Source of the DNA: Candidatus Poseidoniales archaeon
GTDB taxonomy: Archaea; Thermoplasmatota; Poseidoniia; Poseidoniales; Poseidoniaceae
Direction of reading: 5' to 3'
Length of the DNA stretch: 64,000 nt
Assembly: GCA_003602645.1 (NCBI GenBank)
Contig: QQSI01000040.1
Coordinates: 4,152-68,151 of the forward strand
Positions 9,303 through 18,484 of the stretch are shown piece by piece (position 1 is the stretch's first letter; each line of letters begins with the position of its first letter). Below the pieces are notes generated by a model. The model did no database searches. It was not told where the DNA came from and saw only the letters and a list, made by a program, of their open reading frames with translations. A program made the translations under genes and the position numbers.

Positions 9303-9752
9303 TCAACCGTGCCAAGAAGCAACGCTCTTTGGCGTTTCCCGAACGTGCATGGCGACCAAACGTAACCTGTTTCCATAGGCTGATTTGATGTGTGGCTCAA
9401 CTTGCTCGAAAGCCCACTTTGCGAGATTTTCTGCAGTCGGAACAAATGGTACCACGACTGTTCTGTGATCTGAGTCCATCATTTCGAGGGCTGCACGGGC
9501 TTGTTGATCGTGCTCGTACACCACAAAGGCATGGTCCACCACATCATGGACATAAACAGTAAGAATTTCACTCACATCTGAGAAATCCATCAACATCCCC
9601 TCTTCTGAGACACCATGTTCTTGAACAACATCGCCTTCAATTTCTGCTTCAAAGCGGTAGCGATGGCCGTGCATGTGGCGGCATTTGCTCTTGTGGTTTG
9701 GCACTCGGTGGCCAGTGTCAGTCTCAATGTATCTTCGTATTCGTGTGGTCAT
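9303..9752 (-). CDS. queD: 6-carboxy-5,6,7,8-tetrahydropterin synthase QueD (PTPS family)
   Basis: The CRHMHGHRY zinc/catalytic motif and the PTPS fold pattern are present. The gene sits within the preQ0 operon. Confidence 0.85.
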   Translation of the reverse strand: MTTRIRRYIETDTGHRVPNHKSKCRHMHGHRYRFEAEIEGDVVQEHGVSEEGMLMDFSDVSEILTVYVHDVVDHAFVVYEHDQQARAALEMMDSDHRTVVVPFVPTAENLAKWAFEQVEPHIKSAYGNRLRLVAMHVRETPKSVASWHG

Positions 9753-10903
9753 TGTTCCAACTCCTCAAACTCTAACGAGGCTGAATTGATACAGTATCTC
9801 ATTCCGCCGTGTTCTCTTGGTCCATCGTTGAAAATATGTCCAAGATGTGCGTCGCATTGAGAACATCGAACTTCTGTTCGAATCATGCCATGCGTGCGAT
9901 CTTCAATCTGATGAATGGACGCCCTTGCATGCTCACTATGGAAGGATGGCCATCCGCAACCTGAATCAAATTTCATGGCTGATGTGAACAGGTGATGACC
10001 GCAACAAATGCAATTGTAGTTTCCACTTCTTTTCTCATTCCAATACGCGCCTGTAAACGCCCTTTCAGTGCCACTTTCTCTCGTGACATGGTATTGCAAT
10101 TGAGTTAATTTTTCCTTGTAGTATGCATCTTTGTGCTTTTGTTCTGTTTCTAAAGCAGCAGCCAAAACAATCTCCCACGGTTCAATGTATTCAATTGGAT
10201 CCACCAAATCAAGTGCGTTAAAGGCAAGAATTCGCTCCACGTCAGAACCGCTTCGCCCTGAACTTCTGCCATCCTGATCGGGGTTGTACGATGTGATGGT
10301 GTTTTCAAAAACTCGGTCGAAATTTAAACCAATTTTGTCACATGAAGCCAAAGCGTCTTTCAAAATGGTCACTTTATCGCCGTCGATGTATGGTAAGTGG
10401 AAGGATACGGTATGGCTGTCCCAGTTTCCAACTGCAAAAGCGTGTTCAAGGGCATGATAAAATTCTGGACGGCAATCGGGGTAGATGGCATGATCGCCTG
10501 AATGCACTCCTAAGGCAATTTCGACATTCGCCTTTTCTCGCTTGGCCACTGAAAGGGCGTATCCGTAGAGAATTGATGCAAAAATAGCGTTTCTATTTGG
10601 AACGACAGTGGATTTCATTTGTTCTTCTTCGTAGTGGCCTTCAGGAACCTTGATGCCTTCATTGATCAAGGACGATTCGAACAAGGTCATCGCTGAAGTT
10701 AAATCGACAATGTGGTGTTCAACGTAGAATCCTTTGTCCTGCAAGTATGCAATGTTGTTTGATGCTCTGGTCAACTCAACGCTGTGCTTTTGGCCGTAAT
10801 TATAGGAAATACAGCTTACATTTTTCCCCTCAGCCAAGGCGTTCAAGAGCAAAGAAGTAGAGTCCATCCCACCTGAAAGTGCCATGACAGTATGCTCAGC
10901 CAT
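9749..10903 (-). CDS. queC: Fusion protein: 7-cyano-7-deazaguanine synthase QueC (N-terminal) fused to methionine-R-sulfoxide reductase MsrB (C-terminal)
   Basis: The N-terminal part has the PP-loop ALSGGMDST and the VPNRNAIFASILYGYALS and YPDCRPEF motifs of QueC. The C-terminal roughly 130 aa carry TERAFTGAYWNEK, NCICCGHHLF, KFDSGCGWPSF and RCSQCDAHLGHIF, which make up the SelR/MsrB domain with both CxxC pairs. The ATG is at 10903. Confidence 0.8.
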   Translation of the reverse strand: MAEHTVMALSGGMDSTSLLLNALAEGKNVSCISYNYGQKHSVELTRASNNIAYLQDKGFYVEHHIVDLTSAMTLFESSLINEGIKVPEGHYEEEQMKSTVVPNRNAIFASILYGYALSVAKREKANVEIALGVHSGDHAIYPDCRPEFYHALEHAFAVGNWDSHTVSFHLPYIDGDKVTILKDALASCDKIGLNFDRVFENTITSYNPDQDGRSSGRSGSDVERILAFNALDLVDPIEYIEPWEIVLAAALETEQKHKDAYYKEKLTQLQYHVTRESGTERAFTGAYWNEKRSGNYNCICCGHHLFTSAMKFDSGCGWPSFHSEHARASIHQIEDRTHGMIRTEVRCSQCDAHLGHIFNDGPREHGGMRYCINSASLEFEELEQ

Positions 10904-11565
10904 CAATCAACACCCATCCATTTGTGTGTTTGGAGGCTTAGGCGCCATTGTGGATTTTCTTTGACCATTGCTTCTGTTTCAGCGAAATTTTTTCCGTTCC
11001 ACTCTACAGATTCTAATTCCATGTAACACGGTTGGAGGAAATGGTGTTTGAACCCTTGTCGCAATTCTTCGTACATCGATAGATCTTGACCTATATACAC
11101 ACACTTCAATTCGTCACCTGTACGTTGACGCAATTTCACTTCTGGATACATTTGATCTTTAGGTGACACACATATCCAATCCAAGAGTCCATCAGGGATT
11201 TCAATGGTTCCATTTGTTTCAACAGATAATGAGTACCCCCTTGCCTTGAGCAAACGATGCAACGGCCAAAGGTTCTGTAACATGGGTTCTCCACCAGTGA
11301 AGATGATTCGCTTACAATCAAACTTTGATAGTTCCCCAAGCAAGTCAATCGCATTCATAGTATTGAATGTTAGAAAATCTGTGTCGCACCATTCGCAACG
11401 GAGGTTACAATTTCCAAAACGAACGAAAACATGAGGAATCCCTGCGTGGTAACCTTCACCTTGAACTGAATGAAACACTTCGACGATTGGATACTCTGCA
11501 GCCAAATCGGTTGGATCATCAACGGGCGTGTCACCGGCACGAACACAGGAGTCGTTAACGGTCAT
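10903..11565 (-). CDS. queE: 7-carboxy-7-deazaguanine synthase QueE (radical SAM)
   Basis: FHSVQGEGYHAGIPHVFVRFGNCNLRCEWCDT matches the QueE signature, including the CxxxCxxC-like cluster arrangement. Confidence 0.85.
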   Translation of the reverse strand: MTVNDSCVRAGDTPVDDPTDLAAEYPIVEVFHSVQGEGYHAGIPHVFVRFGNCNLRCEWCDTDFLTFNTMNAIDLLGELSKFDCKRIIFTGGEPMLQNLWPLHRLLKARGYSLSVETNGTIEIPDGLLDWICVSPKDQMYPEVKLRQRTGDELKCVYIGQDLSMYEELRQGFKHHFLQPCYMELESVEWNGKNFAETEAMVKENPQWRLSLQTHKWMGVD

Positions 11566-11574
11566 ATTCTCACC

Positions 11575-12144
11575 TCAAAGTGGACGTGAATGAATCAATT
11601 GCATGAGTTCTTGCCTTGCTTCTGGTCGTTCAAAAAACACCCCTCGCATGGCCGATGTGGTCATGATTGAATTTTGCTTTTTGACCCCTCTGCATCGCAT
11701 ACATCCATGCTTCGCTTCAATAATGACGGCAGCACCCAACGGTGCTAGATGAGATTCTAAATCATCAGCAACGCCCTTCGTGATACGTTCCTGATTTTGC
11801 AAGCGTTGAGCATGGAGGTCCACAATCCGTGCTAATTTACTGATCCCCACAATCCGCTCAACTGGGATGTACGCAACGTGAGCACGCCCAGTGAATGGCT
11901 GCAGGTGATGCTCACAAGTGGAATGAAATTCAATATCCCTCAGAAGAACAATTCCATCGTAACCCTCTCCATTGAAGGTTGAATCAAGAAGTTCAGCGGC
12001 ATCCATTTGGTAACCACCAAAAATTTCATCCCATGAATCAATCACGCGTTTTGGTGTTTTTGCTAGCCCTTCACGATTTGGTTCAGGTTCAAGGTAGCCA
12101 AGGAGGGTATGCACTGCCTGTTCTGCTTCGTCTCGTGTCACCAT
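11575..12144 (-). CDS. folE: GTP cyclohydrolase I (FolE type)
   Basis: LAKTPKRV, FHSTCEHHLQPF and VAYIP..RIVGISKLARIV are FolE active-site motifs. The ATG is at 12144. Confidence 0.85.
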   Translation of the reverse strand: MVTRDEAEQAVHTLLGYLEPEPNREGLAKTPKRVIDSWDEIFGGYQMDAAELLDSTFNGEGYDGIVLLRDIEFHSTCEHHLQPFTGRAHVAYIPVERIVGISKLARIVDLHAQRLQNQERITKGVADDLESHLAPLGAAVIIEAKHGCMRCRGVKKQNSIMTTSAMRGVFFERPEARQELMQLIHSRPL

Positions 12145-12146
12145 CG

Positions 12147-12341
12147 TCAATCGCCTCCACGCCCATGCCTTGCGTCAATCTCATCCAGTTGGTCTAGCAA
12201 TTTTCTGCACGCCGTTCGAACTGCATCGGCAAGACTGACAAATTTGTGCTCGTCTCCGACATGCTTACGGAGATCTTCAACGAGCTCAGCAGGCATGTCC
12301 AGGGAGATTTTGGGCATAGTTAACGCACCCGATGGTCCCAT
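12147..12341 (-). CDS. Ribbon-helix-helix (CopG-like) small DNA-binding protein
   Basis: MPKISLDMPAELVEDLRKHV gives a beta-strand followed by a helix, typical of RHH. The stop lies 2 nt before the folE ATG. The start may be the internal Met at 12317. Confidence 0.55.
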   Translation of the reverse strand: MGPSGALTMPKISLDMPAELVEDLRKHVGDEHKFVSLADAVRTACRKLLDQLDEIDARHGRGGD

Positions 12342-12464
12342 ATAAGTATTCTCTGAGTATTACCAGAAGAATACATTGGCCCCTGTTGTTGGTGTTCGTT
12401 TTCGTCAGATTTCATTCAATGTTAAGCCAATGTTCAAGGCATCCCGTGGCCGACACGGTCACTG

Positions 12465-13973
12465 ATGACAGTCATGCTATCACCGCATCAGGCCCTCGAA
12501 CACCTTCATGCATTGCGTTCAAAGACTGGAACGATGGACACCGTCGGACTTCCTGACGACGTGATTGACCGCTTTTGCGCACTGGATCCTAAACTCGTCA
12601 AAGCCATCCATGAAGCAAGCATCCGATTTCAAGAAATAGAATCTGAATTTGGCTCGGAGATGTTGCAACGAGACGAAGCGGATCTCGTCGGGGTCCTTCA
12701 ACACGATTTTGTAAATTTTTATGCACCAGCAACCGTCAATCCATACATTGCCCTTTCGGGCCGAGGTCCATGGATTGTCACCGCCTATGGAGCAGTTCTT
12801 CATGACAATGGGGGCTATGGCATGCTTGGTGCCGGTCATGGTCCTGAAGAAGTCATTGATGCAATGTCTGGAAACTGGGTCATGGCCAATGTCATGACGC
12901 CTTCTTTCAGTCAAAAGCGACTTGCTGAGCGATTGGAGCGAGAACTTGGTCACACTCGTGGCTCTTGCCCATTCACCCGATTTATTTGCATGAACAGTGG
13001 TTCTGAATCGGTCACGGTGAGCCTCAGAATTGCCGATGTGAATGCTCGAAGGCATACGGGTCCAGGTGGGCGACACGAAGGGAAGGAAATCAAATTGCTC
13101 GCCATTGAGAAAGCCTTCCATGGGCGCACAGACAGACCTGCACAGATTTCTCACTCTTGCAAAGGATCCTATGACAAAAATTTAGCAACATTCAGAGACC
13201 GGGATAACCTCCTGCTCGTTCCAGCAAATGACATCGCCTCACTCGAAGCGATGTTTAAGCGCGCCGAAGAAGAAAACTGGTTCATTGAATTAATGGCCAT
13301 TGAACCAGTACAGGGAGAAGGAAACCCAGGGGCATGTGTCCAGCGTGATTTCTATGACGCTGCACGTAGGCTCACATTAGAACACGGATCGATGCTTTTG
13401 GTTGATTCGATTCAGGCGGGAATTAGGGGCCAAGGTTGCCTTTCGATCATTGATTATGATGGATTCCAAGACGCCGAAGTGCCAGATTTGGAAACATGGT
13501 CAAAGGCATTAAACGCGGGCCAATATCCCCTTTCCGTGCTTGGTATGAACGACCGTGCTGCTGAAAATTACGTTGTTGGAATTTATGGCAACACGATGAC
13601 GACCAATCCACGAGCTTTGGAAACGGCATGTGCAGTTCTTGACAGCATGACGCCAGAACTTCGTTCTAACATCAAAGATCGAGGCGATGAATTTGTCGCT
13701 AAGTTGAAAATATTGCGAGAAGAGTTCCCTGGTATCATCACGAAAGTACAGGGCACCGGGCTATTGCTCAGTGCTGAATTAGAACCCACTCGATTCCCGG
13801 TTGTGGGGTTCGATGCTGTTGAACCATGGTGCCGTCGACAAGGACTGGGCGTGATTCATGGTGGCGTAAATGCGCTTCGATTTACCCCGCACTTTGGCAT
13901 CACTTCCGAAGAAATTGATTTGATCATCGAAGTGGTTCGGGCTTCATTAATCGAATTTAATCAGCGTTCATGA
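12465..13973 (+). CDS. Class-III (omega) aminotransferase-family protein, PLP-dependent, with an N-terminal extension
   Basis: FHGRT, MAIEPVQGEGN, LLVDSIQAGIRGQG and the PLP lysine context in ETWSKALNAG are class-III aminotransferase motifs. About 100 extra N-terminal residues are present. Substrate specificity cannot be determined. Confidence 0.7.
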   Translation: MTVMLSPHQALEHLHALRSKTGTMDTVGLPDDVIDRFCALDPKLVKAIHEASIRFQEIESEFGSEMLQRDEADLVGVLQHDFVNFYAPATVNPYIALSGRGPWIVTAYGAVLHDNGGYGMLGAGHGPEEVIDAMSGNWVMANVMTPSFSQKRLAERLERELGHTRGSCPFTRFICMNSGSESVTVSLRIADVNARRHTGPGGRHEGKEIKLLAIEKAFHGRTDRPAQISHSCKGSYDKNLATFRDRDNLLLVPANDIASLEAMFKRAEEENWFIELMAIEPVQGEGNPGACVQRDFYDAARRLTLEHGSMLLVDSIQAGIRGQGCLSIIDYDGFQDAEVPDLETWSKALNAGQYPLSVLGMNDRAAENYVVGIYGNTMTTNPRALETACAVLDSMTPELRSNIKDRGDEFVAKLKILREEFPGIITKVQGTGLLLSAELEPTRFPVVGFDAVEPWCRRQGLGVIHGGVNALRFTPHFGITSEEIDLIIEVVRASLIEFNQRS

Positions 13974-15188
13974 CAAACTCGTCACAATGTCCTCTCGGCT
14001 GAATTGCCGGCTGGCATAATAAGCTGCAAGTCCGGCGTATACAATGCTCGATAGGGCCCACACAAAGATGTGCTCAGGGATGACTCTGTTCATCAACAAC
14101 TCGCGCAAAGCCAACAAAATGTTGACGACAGGAACCGCGAACCAATATGATTCGATTCCATCGAGATTGATAACTTGGGTAAATAAGGCTGGGAAGACAA
14201 TTAACAAAAGCATAGGAGCGAGAATAGACCCTGCCTCTTTTACACTGTGAGAACGCATTGCTAAAGCCAGTTCAATGGCGACTACCATGATGGCAAATAG
14301 GAGAATTGCTCCAACGATCAGTGCCACGGTTGTGATCGACAGTTCCGGAAGCCCTATCACACTCGAAGAAGCGAGGTAGCCGATCGCAAAGAGTAGGCCA
14401 AAAATTTGTAAGATCACGCCCACTCCTGTAATGGTGGCAACAGCAACCCATTTTCCGAGAAGCAATTCAAGACGAGTACATGGCAAGCAGAGAAGCGCCT
14501 CTAGGGTTCCACGTTCTCGCTCTCCAGCCGTCATATCGATGGAAGGTTGTAGTGCGCTTGAATAGGTCCAAATTGCTAGGACTAGGGGTATGAACAACGA
14601 CAATACCATGCCCGCTTGTTCTCCACTGGTGGCTACATCACTCTGCGTGACATCACCATCCCAACGGAGGGGATTGAGCGTTGAGTTGACGTCCATACCT
14701 GAATCCGAAATTCGGCGTTCCACCTCCTCTTCCTCCCATGTGTTCAATGCATCCAACAAACGATTCCATGCCTCATTGGAACGTTCGGACGTCGATAATC
14801 GCAAAATTGCATAATCCCAAGTTGAATTGACCTTCTCGACGCGCAAGATCGCATCAACCGAACCATTCCGCACCCTTTCCAAATCATTTCCAGGTTCGGA
14901 GAGTTGAGATTGATGTTCTAGCGACTCCTTCACGACCTCAATTCCTGCACCAATAATGGCCTGCTCCATTGATTCTTCGAACGAATTAGATTGGACAATT
15001 ACTGTGAGTTCGAGTGCGTCCAATTCTGCTGCTTCAGATTCCAGTAAGATTGGGAATAAGATGAATAAAAGTGGAAACATCAACAGCGGAATGACAATGA
15101 TTGCCATAATGGTACGCCAGTCCCGAACAAATTCAACCACTTCCTTCTTTGCGATTGCCCGAATCCTATGGGTCGAAAATTTACTCAC
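13968..15188 (-). CDS. ABC-2 family transporter permease with a large extracytoplasmic loop
   Basis: The N-terminus IRAIAKKEVVEFVRDWR is followed by six predicted TM segments and a periplasmic loop of about 200 aa between TM1 and TM2. A GTG start at 15188 overlaps the ATPase stop. ATGs further upstream would overlap the ATPase by about 100 nt. Confidence 0.7.
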   Translation of the reverse strand: MSKFSTHRIRAIAKKEVVEFVRDWRTIMAIIVIPLLMFPLLFILFPILLESEAAELDALELTVIVQSNSFEESMEQAIIGAGIEVVKESLEHQSQLSEPGNDLERVRNGSVDAILRVEKVNSTWDYAILRLSTSERSNEAWNRLLDALNTWEEEEVERRISDSGMDVNSTLNPLRWDGDVTQSDVATSGEQAGMVLSLFIPLVLAIWTYSSALQPSIDMTAGERERGTLEALLCLPCTRLELLLGKWVAVATITGVGVILQIFGLLFAIGYLASSSVIGLPELSITTVALIVGAILLFAIMVVAIELALAMRSHSVKEAGSILAPMLLLIVFPALFTQVINLDGIESYWFAVPVVNILLALRELLMNRVIPEHIFVWALSSIVYAGLAAYYASRQFSREDIVTSLS

Positions 15189-16014
15189 TTTCCCTGACCT
15201 CCTTCGTTTCAAGCATCGGTGGTTTCGGCGTGAAGAACCGCCTCCACCAACCGGTAAAACGCCCCTCACCTTCATTGTCTTCTTGTCTTGGTCGAGCCGC
15301 ATCATTTGTTAAAGCAACATAGGCTTCCTCTAACGATGTTGTTTGAGTTTGCTCAAGGAGGAGCTCGGGAGCCCCATCGGCACGAATATCGCCATTGTGG
15401 ACGATGACAATGCGATCGCACACTTGTTGCGCCTCTGAAAGTTGATGGGTCGAGTAAATGACGGTGCCTCCCTCTCGTTTCAGTTGGTCGACCAGCCGCC
15501 TCACGGTTCGGGCACTTGTGATGTCCAATCCTGCTGTTGGTTCATCCAACAAGAGGATGGAAGGTCCGTGGGCTAAAGCCCTGAGCAGGGCCGTTTTTTG
15601 GCGCATGCCACGGCTGAATCCTTTTGTATGACGCCCAAGAGATTCAACCATGTCAAGGTGCTGTGCAAACTTCGCGGTCCTTGCCCAAGCATCCTCATCC
15701 GAAACGCCGTGCATTCGTGAATGATAGCGGATGTTTTCCCAAGCAGTGAGCCTCGAATACAGTCCGGTGGATTCGGGGACAACGCCGAGCACTTGGCGCA
15801 TGTCACTCACAGGTTTTCCATCGGCAAGGAGAACTTTTCCTGATGTAGGTGTGTACACGCCAGCCATGAGGCGTAGGAGGGTGGTTTTTCCAGCGCCGTT
15901 GCTCCCGACCAAACCGATGATTTCGCCCGAATTGATTTTGAGATCAATTTCCGTCAACGCATGTAAATCGCCAAACGATTTGGACACTCGGGTCAATGTT
16001 AGAAGCGGTTGCAT
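15181..16014 (-). CDS. ABC transporter ATP-binding protein
   Basis: Walker A (GSNGAGKTT), the LSGG-like signature (FSRGMRQKTALLRAL), Walker B (LLLDEPTAGLD) and the H-loop are present. The ATG is at 16014. Confidence 0.9.
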   Translation of the reverse strand: MQPLLTLTRVSKSFGDLHALTEIDLKINSGEIIGLVGSNGAGKTTLLRLMAGVYTPTSGKVLLADGKPVSDMRQVLGVVPESTGLYSRLTAWENIRYHSRMHGVSDEDAWARTAKFAQHLDMVESLGRHTKGFSRGMRQKTALLRALAHGPSILLLDEPTAGLDITSARTVRRLVDQLKREGGTVIYSTHQLSEAQQVCDRIVIVHNGDIRADGAPELLLEQTQTTSLEEAYVALTNDAARPRQEDNEGEGRFTGWWRRFFTPKPPMLETKEVRESE

Positions 16015-16026
16015 AACGCCCACATC

Positions 16027-16332
16027 TCATGAAGCACGACCTGATTCCACTGCGGAATCTAGGCCAGGGTGTTTTTCCTCCAAGCGGCAAGCACGGGCGA
16101 GTTGTTGTTTCAATTGACTGAAAATTTCCTTTTGTGGTACACCCATTTCAACGAGGTTTCCTATCATGTTAAACGCACCTTGGATGGCGCCTGCATCGAG
16201 GTAGGCATCGTTGGAAATTTGCCCGGTCTGGCGGAGGACATCCAGTCGGTCTGCAATGAATTGTGCTTCATTTCTGACGCTTGGTCCATCGACATGAGCG
16301 AGAGCCATCAAAGTATCCACGCAGGTTCGCAT
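16027..16332 (-). CDS. Hypothetical protein
   Basis: A 101-aa ORF with a real ATG sits immediately upstream of the ABC ATPase on the same strand. It has no recognisable motif. Confidence 0.3.
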   Translation of the reverse strand: MRTCVDTLMALAHVDGPSVRNEAQFIADRLDVLRQTGQISNDAYLDAGAIQGAFNMIGNLVEMGVPQKEIFSQLKQQLARACRLEEKHPGLDSAVESGRAS

Positions 16333-16391
16333 GGTGATTCACCTGGTACGGATGATTAAGATGGTTTGCCTTTCAAGGCATGAAAAAAGGC

Positions 16392-16832
16392 TCAGTGACT
16401 CGATTCAGTGAGTTCAACCAATACACCGCCAGTGGAATATGGGTGGACAAAAGCAATTCGTTTGCCACCAGCACCTTGCCTCGGCACAGTGTCGATCATT
16501 CGGATGCCATTCTCCACAAGATGAGCAATGAGTCCTTCAAGATCTCCAACTCTGAAACAAATTTGTTGAACGCCCGGCCCACGTTTGTTAAGGAAACGGC
16601 CAATTGGTGTGTCTTCGTGTGTTGGCTCAAGCAGTTCAACCATCGGAGGGTGAGCATCTGAAGTTTGTGAATCGATGGAGGTGGAAAAGAAACGCGTTTT
16701 TACCCCTTGATCAGCAACAACTTCATCCTCCTTGGATTGTGAAAGGCCAATCAATCTCCAAAACGAGGATGCATCATCTAAATTTGATGTAGCAATTCCG
16801 ATGTGATCAATGTGTACAGGTCCAAATCTCAT
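16392..16832 (-). CDS. mce: Methylmalonyl-CoA epimerase (VOC/glyoxalase family)
   Basis: HIDHIGIATSNLDDASSFW and VQQICFRVGDLEGLIAHLVENGIRMI are present. It is adjacent to the methylmalonyl-CoA mutase gene. Confidence 0.75.
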   Translation of the reverse strand: MRFGPVHIDHIGIATSNLDDASSFWRLIGLSQSKEDEVVADQGVKTRFFSTSIDSQTSDAHPPMVELLEPTHEDTPIGRFLNKRGPGVQQICFRVGDLEGLIAHLVENGIRMIDTVPRQGAGGKRIAFVHPYSTGGVLVELTESSH

Positions 16833-16841
16833 TTCAACACC

Positions 16842-18443
16842 TCAAAATCCACTTGGTGCCATCCAAGTTCCAAACTCATCTTTCATAGCCTGCATTATCT
16901 CGCCTAATGTGCAACCGGTTTTGACGGCAACAAGAACATGCGGAAATAGATTTTCGCCAACCTTAGCAGCATTCCTGATCGACTGAAGGTTGGCGTTACA
17001 AGCATCTCCATCTCGCTGTTCACGGAGTTTCTGAAGTTTCTTGCATTGGGCCTCCCCTACAGTTGGGTCGAGTTTCAAAACCTCTGGTGCAGATTCTTCT
17101 TCCATTACGCCATGGTTTACCCCCACAATCCGCCTCGATCCAGCTTCTACGTCGTTCAGATGTGCGTAGGCTGCGTTGTGTATTTCCCGTTGTTGCCACC
17201 CTTGCTCGATGGCCTTCATTGCACCACCAAGTGATTCAATTTGCATGATTTGTTCTAATGCCTGATCATGGATTTTTTTGGTCAACTGTTCCACATGGTA
17301 TGAGCCCCCTAATGGGTCGACGACATCTGCGGCACCACTTTCTTCTGCAATGATTTGCTGTGTTCGAAGGGCGACTGTCGCTGATTTTTCAGTGGGCAAC
17401 CCCAACGCTTCATCGTAGGAATTTGTGTGGAGGCTCTGTGTGCCACCGCATACGGCAGCCAATGCTTGGATGGTGACCCGTGCCACATTGTTGAGGGGTT
17501 GTTGAGCGGTGAGACTCACACCCGCGACTTGTGTGTGGAATCGCAACATTGCCGATTTAGGGTTTTTCGGACTGTACCGTTCAGTGATCAACTCGTACCA
17601 AAGGGTCCGTGCTGCCCTAAATTTGGACGCCTCTTCAAAGAAGTCGTTATGGCAATTAAAGAAAAAGGAAAGCCTTGGTCCAAAAGTGTCGATGTCAAGG
17701 CCAGACTCAATGGCTGCGTCTACATATTGCAACGCATTTGCCAACGTAAAAGCAACTTCTTGGACGGCAGTGGATCCTGCCTCTCGAATGTGGTAGCCTG
17801 AAATTGAAATTGTATTCCACTTCGGGACTTTATCTGCACAATACTCGAAGATGTCTGTAATCAAGCGCATGCTTGGTTGTGGGGGGAACACATAGGTGCC
17901 ACGTGCAATGTATTCTTTCAAGATGTCATTTTGAATGGTGCCAAGGACTTCCTCTGAGGGTACACCTTGTTCTTCAGCGACTGCAATGTACATCGCCAAG
18001 AGTACCATTGCTGGAGCATTAATGGTCATGGATGTGCTGACTTTGTCGAGGGGAATCCCATCAAGCAATTCACGCATGTCATCAAGTTGAGAAATGGAAA
18101 CCCCGACCTTTCCTACCTCGCCGTAAGACATCTCATCGTCTGCATCTAAGCCCAATTGAGTGGGCAAATCAAAGGCTACAGAGAGGCCTTTTTGACCCCG
18201 TTCCAGAAGTAGTTTGAATCGTTTATTTGTTGCCGTGGCACTGGAAAAGCCAGCGTATTGTCGCATGGTCCACAACCGTGAACGGTACATTGTGGAATGT
18301 ATACCGCGGGTGTATGGCGGGGCTCCTGCACTCCCGATGTTGGAAGAATCTATGCCCTGCTGCCTCAACGTATCTTGGCTGCTTTGAAGTGGTAGATCCA
18401 ATCCACTCAGGGTCTTCCACTCGTCCTTTCTTTGAGTGACCAT
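16842..18443 (-). CDS. mcmA: Methylmalonyl-CoA mutase, catalytic (N-terminal) subunit
   Basis: PYTRGIHSTMYRSRLWTMRQYAGFS, QKGLSVAFDLPTQLG and the (beta/alpha)8 substrate-binding domain pattern are present. No B12-binding domain is in this ORF, consistent with the archaeal split arrangement. Confidence 0.85.
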   Translation of the reverse strand: MVTQRKDEWKTLSGLDLPLQSSQDTLRQQGIDSSNIGSAGAPPYTRGIHSTMYRSRLWTMRQYAGFSSATATNKRFKLLLERGQKGLSVAFDLPTQLGLDADDEMSYGEVGKVGVSISQLDDMRELLDGIPLDKVSTSMTINAPAMVLLAMYIAVAEEQGVPSEEVLGTIQNDILKEYIARGTYVFPPQPSMRLITDIFEYCADKVPKWNTISISGYHIREAGSTAVQEVAFTLANALQYVDAAIESGLDIDTFGPRLSFFFNCHNDFFEEASKFRAARTLWYELITERYSPKNPKSAMLRFHTQVAGVSLTAQQPLNNVARVTIQALAAVCGGTQSLHTNSYDEALGLPTEKSATVALRTQQIIAEESGAADVVDPLGGSYHVEQLTKKIHDQALEQIMQIESLGGAMKAIEQGWQQREIHNAAYAHLNDVEAGSRRIVGVNHGVMEEESAPEVLKLDPTVGEAQCKKLQKLREQRDGDACNANLQSIRNAAKVGENLFPHVLVAVKTGCTLGEIMQAMKDEFGTWMAPSGF

Positions 18444-18484
18444 GCACCGCCCAGTACGGCCGGCTTCATCAACACTCGCTTGAA

